64,000 bases of DNA from NCBI GenBank assembly GCA_963728945.1, contig CAVSMA010000002.1:738723-802722 (forward strand). Direction: 5' to 3'. The stretch comes from an uncultured Actinomycetota bacterium (lineage in GTDB: Bacteria > Actinomycetota > Actinomycetes > Mycobacteriales > CADCTP01). A model generated the notes under the pieces. The model ran no database searches and was not told the origin of the DNA. It worked only from the letters and a program-made list of their open reading frames with translations. Position 1 is the first letter of the stretch; each line of letters opens with the position of its first letter. Of the stretch, positions 9,283 through 17,418 are shown one piece after another. The position numbers and the translations under genes are program-made.

Positions 9283-9888
9283 GTGCAGATCGGGTTGACC
9301 GGCGGGATCGGGTCGGGCAAGTCGACGGTGGCCGGGCGGTTCGCCGAGCTCGGCGCGCTGGTTATCGACGCCGACGCGGTCGCCCGCGAGGTGGTCGAGC
9401 CGGGCACAGACGGGTTGGCCGCGGTGGTCGCCGAGTTCGGCGAGCAGGTCCTGGACGGCTCCGGCCGGCTCGACCGCCCGGCCCTGGCCCGGGTGGTGTT
9501 CGGCGACGAGGACGCGCGCGGCCGGCTCAACGCGATCTTGCACCCGCGGATCCGGGCCCGCGCGGCCGAGCTGATCGCAGCCGCGCCGGCCGGCACGGTC
9601 GTCGTGCAGGACGTGCCGCTGCTGGTCGAGACCGACCAGGCCGACCGGTACGACCTGGTCGTGGTGGTGGAGGCGCCGGCCGACCTGCGGGTCCGCCGGC
9701 TGGCCGAGGATCGCGGCATGCCGGCAGGGGAGGTCAGGGCGCGGATGGCGGCGCAGGCCACCGACGAGCAGCGCCGGGCGGTCGCGGACGTGCTGCTGGT
9801 CAACGACGGCACGACCGACGAGCTGCGGGCGAAGGTCGACGACCTCTGGCGGTCGCGGGTCAGTCCCGGGCCCGGACGGCCAGGATGA
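9283..9888 (+). CDS. coaE: dephospho-CoA kinase
   Basis: The P-loop is IGLTGGIGSGKSTV. Length and layout are typical of CoaE, and the conserved position after rpsA fits. Confidence 0.93.
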   Translation: MQIGLTGGIGSGKSTVAGRFAELGALVIDADAVAREVVEPGTDGLAAVVAEFGEQVLDGSGRLDRPALARVVFGDEDARGRLNAILHPRIRARAAELIAAAPAGTVVVQDVPLLVETDQADRYDLVVVVEAPADLRVRRLAEDRGMPAGEVRARMAAQATDEQRRAVADVLLVNDGTTDELRAKVDDLWRSRVSPGPGRPG

Positions 9889-10147
9889 GGTGGCCGTCGC
9901 CGAGCAGCGCGGCGATCTCCAGCTCGGGGTGCGTGGCGGCCTCGGCCGCGGCCAGCGTCGCCAGCTCTGCCCGTACGGACGGCTGGTCGGCGTAGAGGGA
10001 GTAGCTGGCGTCCTCGCCCGGGTGGACGGACAGCTGCGCCCGCTGGTTGAGCAGCCGCCAGCGGGCCTCCCGCTCGGCCTCGTCCGGCCGGGGCCAGGCG
10101 TCCGGCGGCAGCGGCAGCTCCGGCAGCAGCGCGTCCGCGTCGGTCAC
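9860..10147 (-). CDS. hypothetical 95-aa protein (copy A of a duplicated gene)
   Basis: It has a GTG start and sits 6 nt downstream of the phosphotransferase stop. A paralog of about 88% aa identity by eye lies at 11338..11628. Confidence 0.6.
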   Translation of the reverse strand: MTDADALLPELPLPPDAWPRPDEAEREARWRLLNQRAQLSVHPGEDASYSLYADQPSVRAELATLAAAEAATHPELEIAALLGDGHLILAVRARD

Positions 10148-10153
10148 GGGATG

Positions 10154-11017
10154 CTAGCTGCGGGCCGCCCTGGGCCGCCCGGGCGCCCGCGCCGCCCGGG
10201 ACAGCGCGGGGCGCTCGCGCGCGATCCAGGCGCGGCGGCGGTCGATCGCGTCGCCGACCCCGTCGGCCCACATCCGGGCCCAGCCGCCGCCGAGCGTCCG
10301 CGCGTTGTGCCGCATCAGCAGCCGGCTGCGCCGCCACATCCCGTCGGCGAGGTCGAGCAGCTCCTCCCGCTCCGGCCCCGGCAGCCCGTACGCGTCGAGC
10401 AGCGCGGCGAACCGCGCCGGCACGTCCACGTCCCGCTGCGCCGGCGCCCGGTCGGCCGGGTCGAGCAGCGGCACCCACCACATCGCGGTGGTGAGCAGGT
10501 CGGCGACCCGCCGGGTCGGGCGGGCCAGGTCGAAGTCGACCAGCGCGACCGGGCGCCCGTCCCGGAACACCACGTTCTGCGGGGTCACGTCGCAGTGTGC
10601 GACGAGCTCGGGCGTCCCGGGGAGCGCGGCCAGCTCGGGCGGCATCTCCGGGCCGGCGCGGTCGCGGCCGAACCACGCCAGCTCCGGCGGCGGGTCCCAG
10701 CCGGCGGACGCGTCGTGCAGCTCCCGGACCAGCCGGCCGATCCCGACCACAACCTCGTCGGTGCAGGCCCACGCCTCGGGCGGGGCGCCGGGCACGTCGC
10801 CGGGCACGAAGTCGAGCACGTCCCGCCCCCGGTCGTCGACGCCGAGGAACCGCGGCGCGCCGGCGAACCCGACCCGCTCCAGGTGACCGAGGTACGCGGC
10901 GACGAACGCGGACTGTGGCTGCCGCGGCCGCCGCACCGTGTCGCCGACCCGCACGACCCCCTCGGTGACGTCGCCCTTCGGCAACACGATCTCCACCCCG
11001 TCCCCGAACGCCGCCAC
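10154..11017 (-). CDS. phosphotransferase enzyme family protein (APH/choline-kinase fold)
   Basis: The catalytic-loop-like motif is LVHCDVTPQNVVFRDGRPVALVDFDLA (HxDxxxxN...D). GTG at 11017 is chosen as the start; the upstream part of ORF 10154..11173 is Arg/Pro-rich. Confidence 0.75.
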   Translation of the reverse strand: MAAFGDGVEIVLPKGDVTEGVVRVGDTVRRPRQPQSAFVAAYLGHLERVGFAGAPRFLGVDDRGRDVLDFVPGDVPGAPPEAWACTDEVVVGIGRLVRELHDASAGWDPPPELAWFGRDRAGPEMPPELAALPGTPELVAHCDVTPQNVVFRDGRPVALVDFDLARPTRRVADLLTTAMWWVPLLDPADRAPAQRDVDVPARFAALLDAYGLPGPEREELLDLADGMWRRSRLLMRHNARTLGGGWARMWADGVGDAIDRRRAWIARERPALSRAARAPGRPRAARS

Positions 11018-11140
11018 CCCACCACCCTGCCACCCCGGCCCGGCGCCCGGCCGCGCGGCACGGGCGGGGCGGTAGGGTCCCGGTGCAGTCGGGGTGGCCG
11101 CCGGGCGGCCGCGCGCCGGCGCACCGCTCCGACCGCGGCC

Positions 11141-11298
11141 CGGATCACCCTCGCGTTCGCCGGCGACCTGCACTTCGCCGAGCGCACCGCCACCCGGCTG
11201 GCCGCCGACCCCGGCACCGCCTTCGGCGAGGCCGCCCGGGCGCTGCGGGCGGCCGACCTGACCATGGTCAACCTGGTGACCGCGGTCACCGAGCGCGG
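11141..11298 (+). pseudogene. 5' fragment of a capA-like gene (duplicate of 12006..12162)
   Basis: It encodes RITLAFAGDLHFAERTATRLAADPGTAFGEAARALRAADLTMVNLVTAVTERG. It lacks the signal/TM region and everything after the junction. Confidence 0.7.
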
Positions 11299-11337
11299 TT
11301 CCTGGTCCAAGTGGGTGGGCCGGTCGGGTCGGCGTCC

Positions 11338-11628
11338 TCAGGTGGTCCGGTCGCGGACGGCGAGGATGAGGTGACCGTCGCCGAGCAGGGCGGCGATCTT
11401 CAGCTCGGGATGCGCCGCCGCCTCAGCCGCGGCGAGCGTCGCGAGCTCGGCCCGGACGGCGGGATGGTCGGCATAGAGGGAGTAGCTGGCGTCCTCGCCG
11501 GGGTGCACCGACAGCTGGGCGCGCTGGTTGAGCATGCTCCAGCGCGCCTCTCGCTCGGCCTCGTCCGGGTGCGGGCCGGGGTCCGGCGGCAGCGGCAGCT
11601 CGGGCAGCAGCGCGTCGGCGTCGGTCAC
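11338..11628 (-). CDS. hypothetical 96-aa protein (copy B of the duplicated gene)
   Basis: MTDADALLPELPLPPD...GDGHLILAVRDRTT. The C-terminus differs from copy A exactly at the duplication junction. Confidence 0.6.
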   Translation of the reverse strand: MTDADALLPELPLPPDPGPHPDEAEREARWSMLNQRAQLSVHPGEDASYSLYADHPAVRAELATLAAAEAAAHPELKIAALLGDGHLILAVRDRTT

Positions 11629-12162
11629 GGCCGGCGATGGTAGTGCCGGGCGTCAGAAGTCCTCGCACCGCTTCCCGGCACGAAATCTCTGCGGCGGGCC
11701 CCTGGCGCGCAGCCAGCGGGCGCGCCACCTCCACCCCGTTCCCGAACGTGGCCACCCTCCACCCGGGTCCGAGGGCCGGACCGGGCGGTAGGGTCCGGCG
11801 GTGCATGCGGGGCAGGCGCCTCGGCGCGGACCGGGCCCGGGCACCTGGGTCACGGTGGTCGCCGCGGTCCTCCTGGTGACCGGCGGTCTCGTCACGCTCG
11901 CGCGCAGCATCCGGCCGGCCGACCGGGCCACGATCGCCGCGCCGGCGCCGACCGCCGCGGCGGCCGCGCCCACCCCGGCGCCGACGACCAGCCGACCCGC
12001 CGCCCGGATCACGCTCGCGTTCGCCGGCGACGTGCACTTCGCCGAACGCACCGCGGCCCGGCTCACCGCCGACCCGGACACCGCGTTCGGCGAGGCCGCC
12101 ACCGCTCTGCGCGCGGCCGACCTCACCATGGTCAACCTGGAGACCGCCGTCACCGAGCGCGG
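11354..12162. repeat. segmental duplication, copy B (small ORF + about 35-bp phosphotransferase N-terminal remnant + intact capA 5' end)
   Basis: See copy A. Of the phosphotransferase, only ...VATFGNGVEV (about 11726-11760, minus strand) survives. Confidence 0.8.
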
Positions 12163-12928
12163 CAGCCCGGAGCCGAAGGAGTTCCACTTCCGCACCCCCG
12201 CGACCGCGTTCACGGCACTGCGCGCGGCCGGTGTCGACGTGGCGACGATGGCAAACAACCACGCCGCCGACTACGGCGCGGTCGGTCTCTCCGACACGCT
12301 GGCCGCGATCAAGTCGACCCGCTTCCCGACGATCGGGATCGGCGCCGACGCCGGGCGGGCGTACGCGCCGTACTACGTGACCGTCCGCGGCCACCGCGTC
12401 GCTCTGCTCGCGGCCAGCCAGATCCGCGACCGCACGCTCAGCGCCTGGACCGCCGGACCGACCTCGGCCGGCATCGCCTCCGCGTACGACGACCGGCTGA
12501 TCGCCGCCGTCCAGGCGGCCCGCGACCAGGCCGAGATCGTCGTCGTCTACCTGCACTGGGGCGTCGAGGGCCAGGGTTGCCCGAGCGGCGACCAGCGCGC
12601 TCTCGCCTCCCGGCTCGCCGCGGCCGGCGCCGACGCCGTCGTCGGCACGCACGCCCACCTGCTGCTCGGCGCCGGTTACCTCGGCTCGACCTACGTCGCG
12701 TACGGGCTGGGCAACTACCTCTGGTGGCGCAACTCCGCGTACTCCGACGACACCGGGGTGCTGCGGCTGACCTTCGCCGGTCGGCGGGTGGTCGGTGCCG
12801 CCCTGGCGCCGGCCCGGATCGACGGGCGCGGCGTGCCCGTGCCGGCCACCGGCGGCACCGCCGCCCGGATCCAGCAGAAGTGGGCCGGCCTCGCCGGCTG
12901 CACCGGCCTGGCGGCCCGAGCGTCCTGA
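11801..12928 (+). CDS. CapA-family protein (poly-gamma-glutamate-synthesis-type metallophosphatase fold)
   Basis: ITLAFAGDVHF, LTMVNLETAVTERG, ATMANNHAADYG, VVYLHWGVE and VVGTHAHLL are all typical CapA motifs. An N-terminal TM anchor is present. Confidence 0.85.
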   Translation: MHAGQAPRRGPGPGTWVTVVAAVLLVTGGLVTLARSIRPADRATIAAPAPTAAAAAPTPAPTTSRPAARITLAFAGDVHFAERTAARLTADPDTAFGEAATALRAADLTMVNLETAVTERGSPEPKEFHFRTPATAFTALRAAGVDVATMANNHAADYGAVGLSDTLAAIKSTRFPTIGIGADAGRAYAPYYVTVRGHRVALLAASQIRDRTLSAWTAGPTSAGIASAYDDRLIAAVQAARDQAEIVVVYLHWGVEGQGCPSGDQRALASRLAAAGADAVVGTHAHLLLGAGYLGSTYVAYGLGNYLWWRNSAYSDDTGVLRLTFAGRRVVGAALAPARIDGRGVPVPATGGTAARIQQKWAGLAGCTGLAARAS

Positions 12929-13019
12929 GTCACCCGGCGGCCCGCCGAATCGCGTGGATGTGCGATGCGGGCAGCCGCCGTCGCGGCGGAACGTCGATGG
13001 TGACCGCAGCTCACCCTGA

Positions 13020-13343
13020 AGGGAAGCCCGATCCGCACGCACGCACTGGCGGGTCGCCACCCCCGACGCCGTATCCTCGCCCGCTGCCGGTGGCCGCCCG
13101 GCGACGCTGCCGGCATCCGAGCCCGGCGTCACCGGCAAGCTCGGCAGCACGACCGGATCCGACGGCAACCGCCAGCTCACCGTCGCCGGCCACCCCGTAT
13201 ACACGTTCACCGGCGACTCCGCACCCGGGCAGACGGCCGGTCAGAACGTGGTGCTCAACGGTGGCCTGTGGACGGTCGTCTCACCGGCCGGCGCGCCGGT
13301 GCGGACAGCGGCCACCGCCGGCAACTCCGGCCCCTCGTACTGA
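13020..13343 (+). pseudogene. C-terminal remnant of a COG4315-type lipoprotein (Yx(FWY)xxD repeat)
   Basis: The frame is open from the stop at 13017-13019 to TGA 13341-13343, with no ATG and no usable GTG. It encodes KLGSTTGSDGNRQLTVAGHPVYTFTGDSAPGQTAGQNVVLNGGLWTVVSPAGAPV, i.e. one repeat only. The signal peptide and first repeat are absent. Confidence 0.5.
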
Positions 13344-13356
13344 GCGGGGGGACGTC

Positions 13357-13755
13357 ATGTCGGACCTGACCGCCGTCCCGGGACGGCTGTTCATCCTCGG
13401 CGACCGGCTCACCGTCGACATCGTCGACTGCACCGTCACGATGTGGCGGCGCGGCGAGGAGATCCCGGTCCTCGAGCTGCTGCTCTCCCACGGCCCCGAC
13501 GCCACGACCGCCGTGGCCCTCGACGCCGACCTCGTCGCGGCGGGGTTGCGTGGCCGGACCACGGCCGGCCGGGTCGTCGTCTGGCCGTGTCCCGAGGACG
13601 AGGTGCTCTGCATCGGGCTGCGCGGGCGGCGGGCCAGCGTGCTGGAACTGCCATACGAGCCGGTCGCCGCGCTGCTGGGCGGCGCCGGCCCGCACGGCGC
13701 CGCCCGCGGTCAGCTCGCCAGCCGCTCGGCGAGGAAGCGGAGCGCGAGCGGGTAG
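13357..13755 (+). CDS. hypothetical protein, distantly SsgA-like (SALP) by eye
   Basis: ATG 13357. G/C at third positions is near-total. LVAAGLRGRTTAGRVVVWPCPEDEVLCIGLRGRRASVLELPYEPVAALL resembles LAADGLTEPAGDGDVRIWP...VYIELRSPSGRALLAVPRAVLAGFV in the ssgB-like gene at 29592. Confidence 0.45.
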   Translation: MSDLTAVPGRLFILGDRLTVDIVDCTVTMWRRGEEIPVLELLLSHGPDATTAVALDADLVAAGLRGRTTAGRVVVWPCPEDEVLCIGLRGRRASVLELPYEPVAALLGGAGPHGAARGQLASRSARKRSASG

Positions 13756-14744
13756 CGGTATTCGATGGCCGGGTGGCCGGCGTCGAACAGCTCGAAGAAC
13801 TCCGGGGTCACGCCGATCTTGCTCAGCTCGTCGACGAACGCCTGCGCGCCGAGATCGAGGTAGTACTCGTCCCGCGTGCCGGCGTCGACGTAGATCGCCC
13901 GCTGCGAGCGCAGCGCCTCGGTGTAGCGCGGCACCATCCGGACCGGGTCCCAGTCCAGCCAGCGCTGCCAGACCGGCTCGATCAGCCGGCCGGTGGACAC
14001 CTCGAACGGAAGCCGTACGGTCCCGTCGTCGTCGGCGGAGAACGCGGCGGCGACGCCGTACACGCTGACCAGCACGCCGTCACCGGGCTTGGTGAAGGGG
14101 ACACGCGAGCGGAAGTCGGTCCAGAAGTTGTCGAACGAGCCGTCGTACGAGTCGCGCAGCGTGCGGGCGGCCTCGGCGAAGTCCTTGATGTAGCACAGCT
14201 CGTACAGGGTGTCGCCGGCGTGGCTGGCGAACGCGCCGAACAGGTCGGGCCGCAGCATCGGCGTGATCATCGCGCCGAACCCGCCGCTGGACTTGCCGGT
14301 GATCGCCCGCGACTCCCGGTCGGCGATCGTGCGCCAGTGCGCGTCCACGAACCGGACCACGTCCTCGCAGAGGTAGGTGTGGTAACGACCGGTGCCGGGG
14401 GAGTCGACGTACTGGCTGCCGCCGTATGCCGTCCACGCGTCCACGCCGACCACCAGCGCCGGCGGCGCGTCCGGGCGGCCGAACAGGTCGTCGACGAGCT
14501 CGAGCACCGTCGGCCGGAACGGGCTGCGGTTGCCCCACATGCCCAGCGTGCCGGTGTAGCCCTGGATCAGGTAGATCACCGGGAACCGGCGGTCCGGCTC
14601 GGCGTCGTACGCCGGCGGCAGGTACACCCACAGCGGCCGGCGCCAGTCGTCGCCGAGCGGGTTGTCCTTCAGCGCGGCTGCTTCGATGGTCACGTGCTCG
14701 TACCGGCCGACGAAGTCGGACTGCCACGGCCTCATGCGACCCAT
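13710..14744 (-). CDS. esterase-family alpha/beta hydrolase (enterochelin-esterase-like)
   Basis: PVIYLIQGYTG is present, with the nucleophile elbow AITGKSSGGFGA. The start is taken at MGRMRPWQ (14744, alternative 14735). The rest of ORF 13710..15080 is antisense to three tRNA genes. Confidence 0.8.
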   Translation of the reverse strand: MGRMRPWQSDFVGRYEHVTIEAAALKDNPLGDDWRRPLWVYLPPAYDAEPDRRFPVIYLIQGYTGTLGMWGNRSPFRPTVLELVDDLFGRPDAPPALVVGVDAWTAYGGSQYVDSPGTGRYHTYLCEDVVRFVDAHWRTIADRESRAITGKSSGGFGAMITPMLRPDLFGAFASHAGDTLYELCYIKDFAEAARTLRDSYDGSFDNFWTDFRSRVPFTKPGDGVLVSVYGVAAAFSADDDGTVRLPFEVSTGRLIEPVWQRWLDWDPVRMVPRYTEALRSQRAIYVDAGTRDEYYLDLGAQAFVDELSKIGVTPEFFELFDAGHPAIEYRYPLALRFLAERLAS

Positions 14745-14809
14745 CCTGCCTGGCCAGCCGTACCGGTTTGAAGCCGCGATCCGGGATCGGATACAGTCTT
14801 CTACGCGCT

Positions 14810-14882
14810 GCGGACGTGGCTCAGTTGGTAGAGCATCACCTTGCCAAGGTGAGGGTCGCGGGTTCGAATCCCGTCGTCCGCT
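14810..14882 (+). tRNA. tRNA-Gly (GCC)
   Basis: The acceptor is gcggacg/cgtccgc. The anticodon arm is tcacc-ttGCCaa-ggtga. The T-loop is ggttcgaatcc. Confidence 0.93.
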
Positions 14883-14934
14883 CGGAGACGCCCTCGGGTG
14901 TCCTGTCGGTCTCCCGAGGTCACTCGGGCTTCCT

Positions 14935-15006
14935 GGCGGAGTGGCCGAGTGGCATAGGCAAGGGCCTGCAAAGCCCTGTACGCGGGTTCGATTCCCGCCT
15001 CCGCCT
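14935..15006 (+). tRNA. tRNA-Cys (GCA)
   Basis: The acceptor is ggcggag/ctccgcc. The anticodon arm is agggc-ctGCAaa-gccct. The T-loop is ggttcgattcc. Confidence 0.92.
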
Positions 15007-15007
15007 C

Positions 15008-15082
15008 GGGCGCTTAGCTCAGCGGGAGAGCGCTTCCCTGACACGGAAGAGGTCACTGGTTCAATCCCAGTAGCGCCCACCA
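15008..15082 (+). tRNA. tRNA-Val (GAC), CCA encoded
   Basis: The acceptor is gggcgct/agcgccc. The anticodon arm is cttcc-ctGACac-ggaag. The T-loop is ggttcaatcc. The 3' end is acca. Confidence 0.93.
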
Positions 15083-15089
15083 GTGACTG

Positions 15090-15126
15090 GTGGCCCCGGT
15101 CCGCGGAAAGCGCGGACCGGGGCCAC
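15090..15126 (+). terminator. strong hairpin after the tRNA cluster
   Basis: GTGGCCCCGGTCCGCG-gaaag-CGCGGACCGGGGCCAC forms a 16-bp perfect stem. Confidence 0.7.
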
Positions 15127-15281
15127 TCGTCATGCCGGCCGCGGGGGCGACCCCCGCGGGCCCCGCGTTCCGGCCGGCGGCGGTCGGCACCCTGGTTCCG
15201 GCACGCCGGTACCTGAGCGGCGTGACGTGCTGGAGCGGGCCCTGCGGCGACCGGTCGGCCGGGCCGGAGGGCCCGGGCCGG

Positions 15282-15887
15282 TCAGCGCGAGTAGATCCAG
15301 GGTTGCTTCAGGTCGAAGAACTCCGGCTCGCCGGACATGAGCTTGTTCATCTCCTCCATCTGGGCGGCCAGCTCCGGCGGCGGCTCCTTGCGCTCGCCGT
15401 CGCGCGCCTCGGCCTCCGAGGTGAAGTAGATCGCCACCGTGTAGCCGCCGCCGGGGTGCACGACGGCGACCGTGCCGAGGATCTCCGGACGGAACGCGGC
15501 CCACTTGTCCGAGTCCTGGCTCATCAGCTCCCGGGCCCGGTCCGGGTCGGTGCCGCTGCCGCGCATGATCTGCACGAACCCGGCCTTGTCCGGGTCGCCG
15601 ACCAGGTCGAGCGTGACCTCCTCGCTGTCGGCGAACTTCGCGTCGCCGTCGAGCAGCGCGGCCGTCTCCCGCCACCACCGGTCCTGCTCCGGCCGCTCGC
15701 TGTTGCGCCGCGCCGCGTCCGCCGACTCGAACCGGGCCAGCGCGATCATCCGGCCGTCGTCGGTCACCCCGCCGGTGGAGCCGAGCCAGCCGGCCGCTCC
15801 CGGCGCCAGCTCCGTCCGCCACCGTTCCAGCGCGGCGTGCACGTCCTCCGGCTTGCCGGTCCTGCCCTGGATCACCTGGACGAACAT
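15282..15887 (-). CDS. hypothetical protein built from two tandem ABM/Dabb-like halves
   Basis: There is an internal duplication: FVQVIQGRTGKPEDV...MIALARFESADAARRNSERPE versus FVQIMRGSGTDPDRA...YTVAIYFTSEAEARDGERKEP. Confidence 0.6.
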   Translation of the reverse strand: MFVQVIQGRTGKPEDVHAALERWRTELAPGAAGWLGSTGGVTDDGRMIALARFESADAARRNSERPEQDRWWRETAALLDGDAKFADSEEVTLDLVGDPDKAGFVQIMRGSGTDPDRARELMSQDSDKWAAFRPEILGTVAVVHPGGGYTVAIYFTSEAEARDGERKEPPPELAAQMEEMNKLMSGEPEFFDLKQPWIYSR

Positions 15888-16200
15888 GGATCCTCCCCCG
15901 AGACGTCGTCGTCGGCCGGATCCACCGGGTCGCTGCGCCGGATCGTCCGGCTGCCCAGGACGTTACGGCCGGCCCGTCGCGGAATCGAGAGCCGGCTCGC
16001 GGAATCCGGCCCGGTCCGAGCGCGCGCCGGGACAGCGCCTGCTGGGCGCCGCCGGAGCCGCCCGACTGCGCGCCGACTCGCCGCGAGACAGCGGTACCCG
16101 CCCGGCCCCGACGGCGGGACGGTCCGGGTTGACACCCGCGCGGCGCCACCGCGCCGACCGGGACCGCCGGGCGCAGCGGCCCGGCAGCGGGGAGGGGACG

Positions 16201-16773
16201 ATGGACACCGACGTACGCAAGCTCTACCACCGCGCGATGGATGCCTTCGGCGACCACGTGCACGCCGTGCGGGACGACCAGTGGACGGCGCCGACGCCCT
16301 GCACCGACTGGGACGTCCGGGCGCTCGTCAACCACGTGGTGGGGGAGAACCGGTGGGCCGTGCCGTTGTTCGCCGGCGGCACGGTCGAGGACGTCGGCGA
16401 CCGGTTCGACGGCGACCTGCTGGGCGGCGACCCGGTTGCCGCCTGGGACGACTCGGCCGCGGCGGCGATCGCGGCGGTCGACGACCCCGGCGCGATGGAC
16501 CGGACCGTGCACCTGTCGTTCGGCGACTTCCCGGGCCGCGAGTACGGCATGCAGCTCCTGGCCGACCTGCTGGTGCACGGCTGGGACCTGGCCCGCGGGA
16601 TCGGCGCCGACCAGCGGATGGATCCGGAGCTGGTCGAGGTGTGCCGTGGCTGGTTCACCGGCGTCGCCGACGCCTACCGGTCGGCCGGCGCGGTGGCGGC
16701 CCGGCCGCCGGTGCCCCCGGACGCCGACGCGCAGACCCAGCTGCTGGCCGACTTCGGCCGCTCCGCCACCTGA
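16201..16773 (+). CDS. DinB/MDMPI_N-type protein (TIGR03086-like, mycothiol-dependent enzyme family)
   Basis: ATG 16201 follows ggggagggga. The motifs WTAPTPCTDWDVRALVNHVVGEN and DLLVHGWDLARG are present. Confidence 0.75.
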   Translation: MDTDVRKLYHRAMDAFGDHVHAVRDDQWTAPTPCTDWDVRALVNHVVGENRWAVPLFAGGTVEDVGDRFDGDLLGGDPVAAWDDSAAAAIAAVDDPGAMDRTVHLSFGDFPGREYGMQLLADLLVHGWDLARGIGADQRMDPELVEVCRGWFTGVADAYRSAGAVAARPPVPPDADAQTQLLADFGRSAT

Positions 16774-16780
16774 CCCGCGC

Positions 16781-17386
16781 TCAGCCGGCCGAGGCGTCCT
16801 CGACCAGGGTGTAGCGCCAGAACAGCCGGCGGCGGACGACGGCGGCCGGCGCGGCCGCTCGGATCTCCCGCAGGGTCTCCCGGGCCGGCGCGGTCGGCGC
16901 CGACATCGACACCCGGGCGCCGGCGGTGTGCCGGCCCGGCAGCAGGCCGATCGCCAGGTTCGCCGGCACGGCCAGCAGGTCGGTGGCGCGGTCGGCGGCG
17001 GTCGCCTGGCGGTAGCAGCCGACGACGAGCAGCCGGCCGCCGGGCCGCAGCAGGCTGCGCAGCCGGGCCAGGCCCGGCTCCAGCGGCACGTGGTGCAGTA
17101 CGGCCATCGCGGTGACGATGTCGTACGCGGGTTCCGGCGGCAGGTCGAACAGGTCGGCGCGGCGGCCACCGGACTGGGCGGCCATCGCCGGGTCTCGGTC
17201 GATCCCGTCGACCACCGGGACGCGGCGGCTCAACGCCCGCAGCAGCGTGCCGGTGCCGCAGCCGACGTCGAGGGCGCGGTTCGCACCCGGCGGGAGGTGG
17301 CGCAGGACCCATGGGATGTAGTGGTCGTTGTGGCTCCACGGGTGAGCGGCGTTGACCCGGTCGACGCAGTCGAGCAGGGTCCGCAC
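16781..17386 (-). CDS. class I SAM-dependent methyltransferase
   Basis: ALDVGCGTGTLLRAL, YDIVTAMAVLHHV and LLRPGGRLLVV are present. Confidence 0.75.
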   Translation of the reverse strand: MRTLLDCVDRVNAAHPWSHNDHYIPWVLRHLPPGANRALDVGCGTGTLLRALSRRVPVVDGIDRDPAMAAQSGGRRADLFDLPPEPAYDIVTAMAVLHHVPLEPGLARLRSLLRPGGRLLVVGCYRQATAADRATDLLAVPANLAIGLLPGRHTAGARVSMSAPTAPARETLREIRAAAPAAVVRRRLFWRYTLVEDASAG

Positions 17387-17418
17387 CGGCGGAGGATAGC
17401 CGACGCTACGGTCCTGGA

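Larger units (their letters stand above)
9873..11298. repeat. segmental duplication, copy A (small ORF + phosphotransferase + 5' fragment of capA)
   Basis: It aligns by eye with 11354..12162. The shared ends are cggacggc[c/g]aggatgaggtg and gtcaccgagcgcgg. Confidence 0.8.

Noticed and set aside
9009-9995. A 328-aa plus-strand ORF covering coaE in another frame. The 594-aa minus-strand ORF at 9249..11033 is similar.
   Set aside because: Their composition is Arg/Gly/Ala/Pro-rich. They overlap coaE (clear P-loop) and the phosphotransferase, so they are shadow ORFs.
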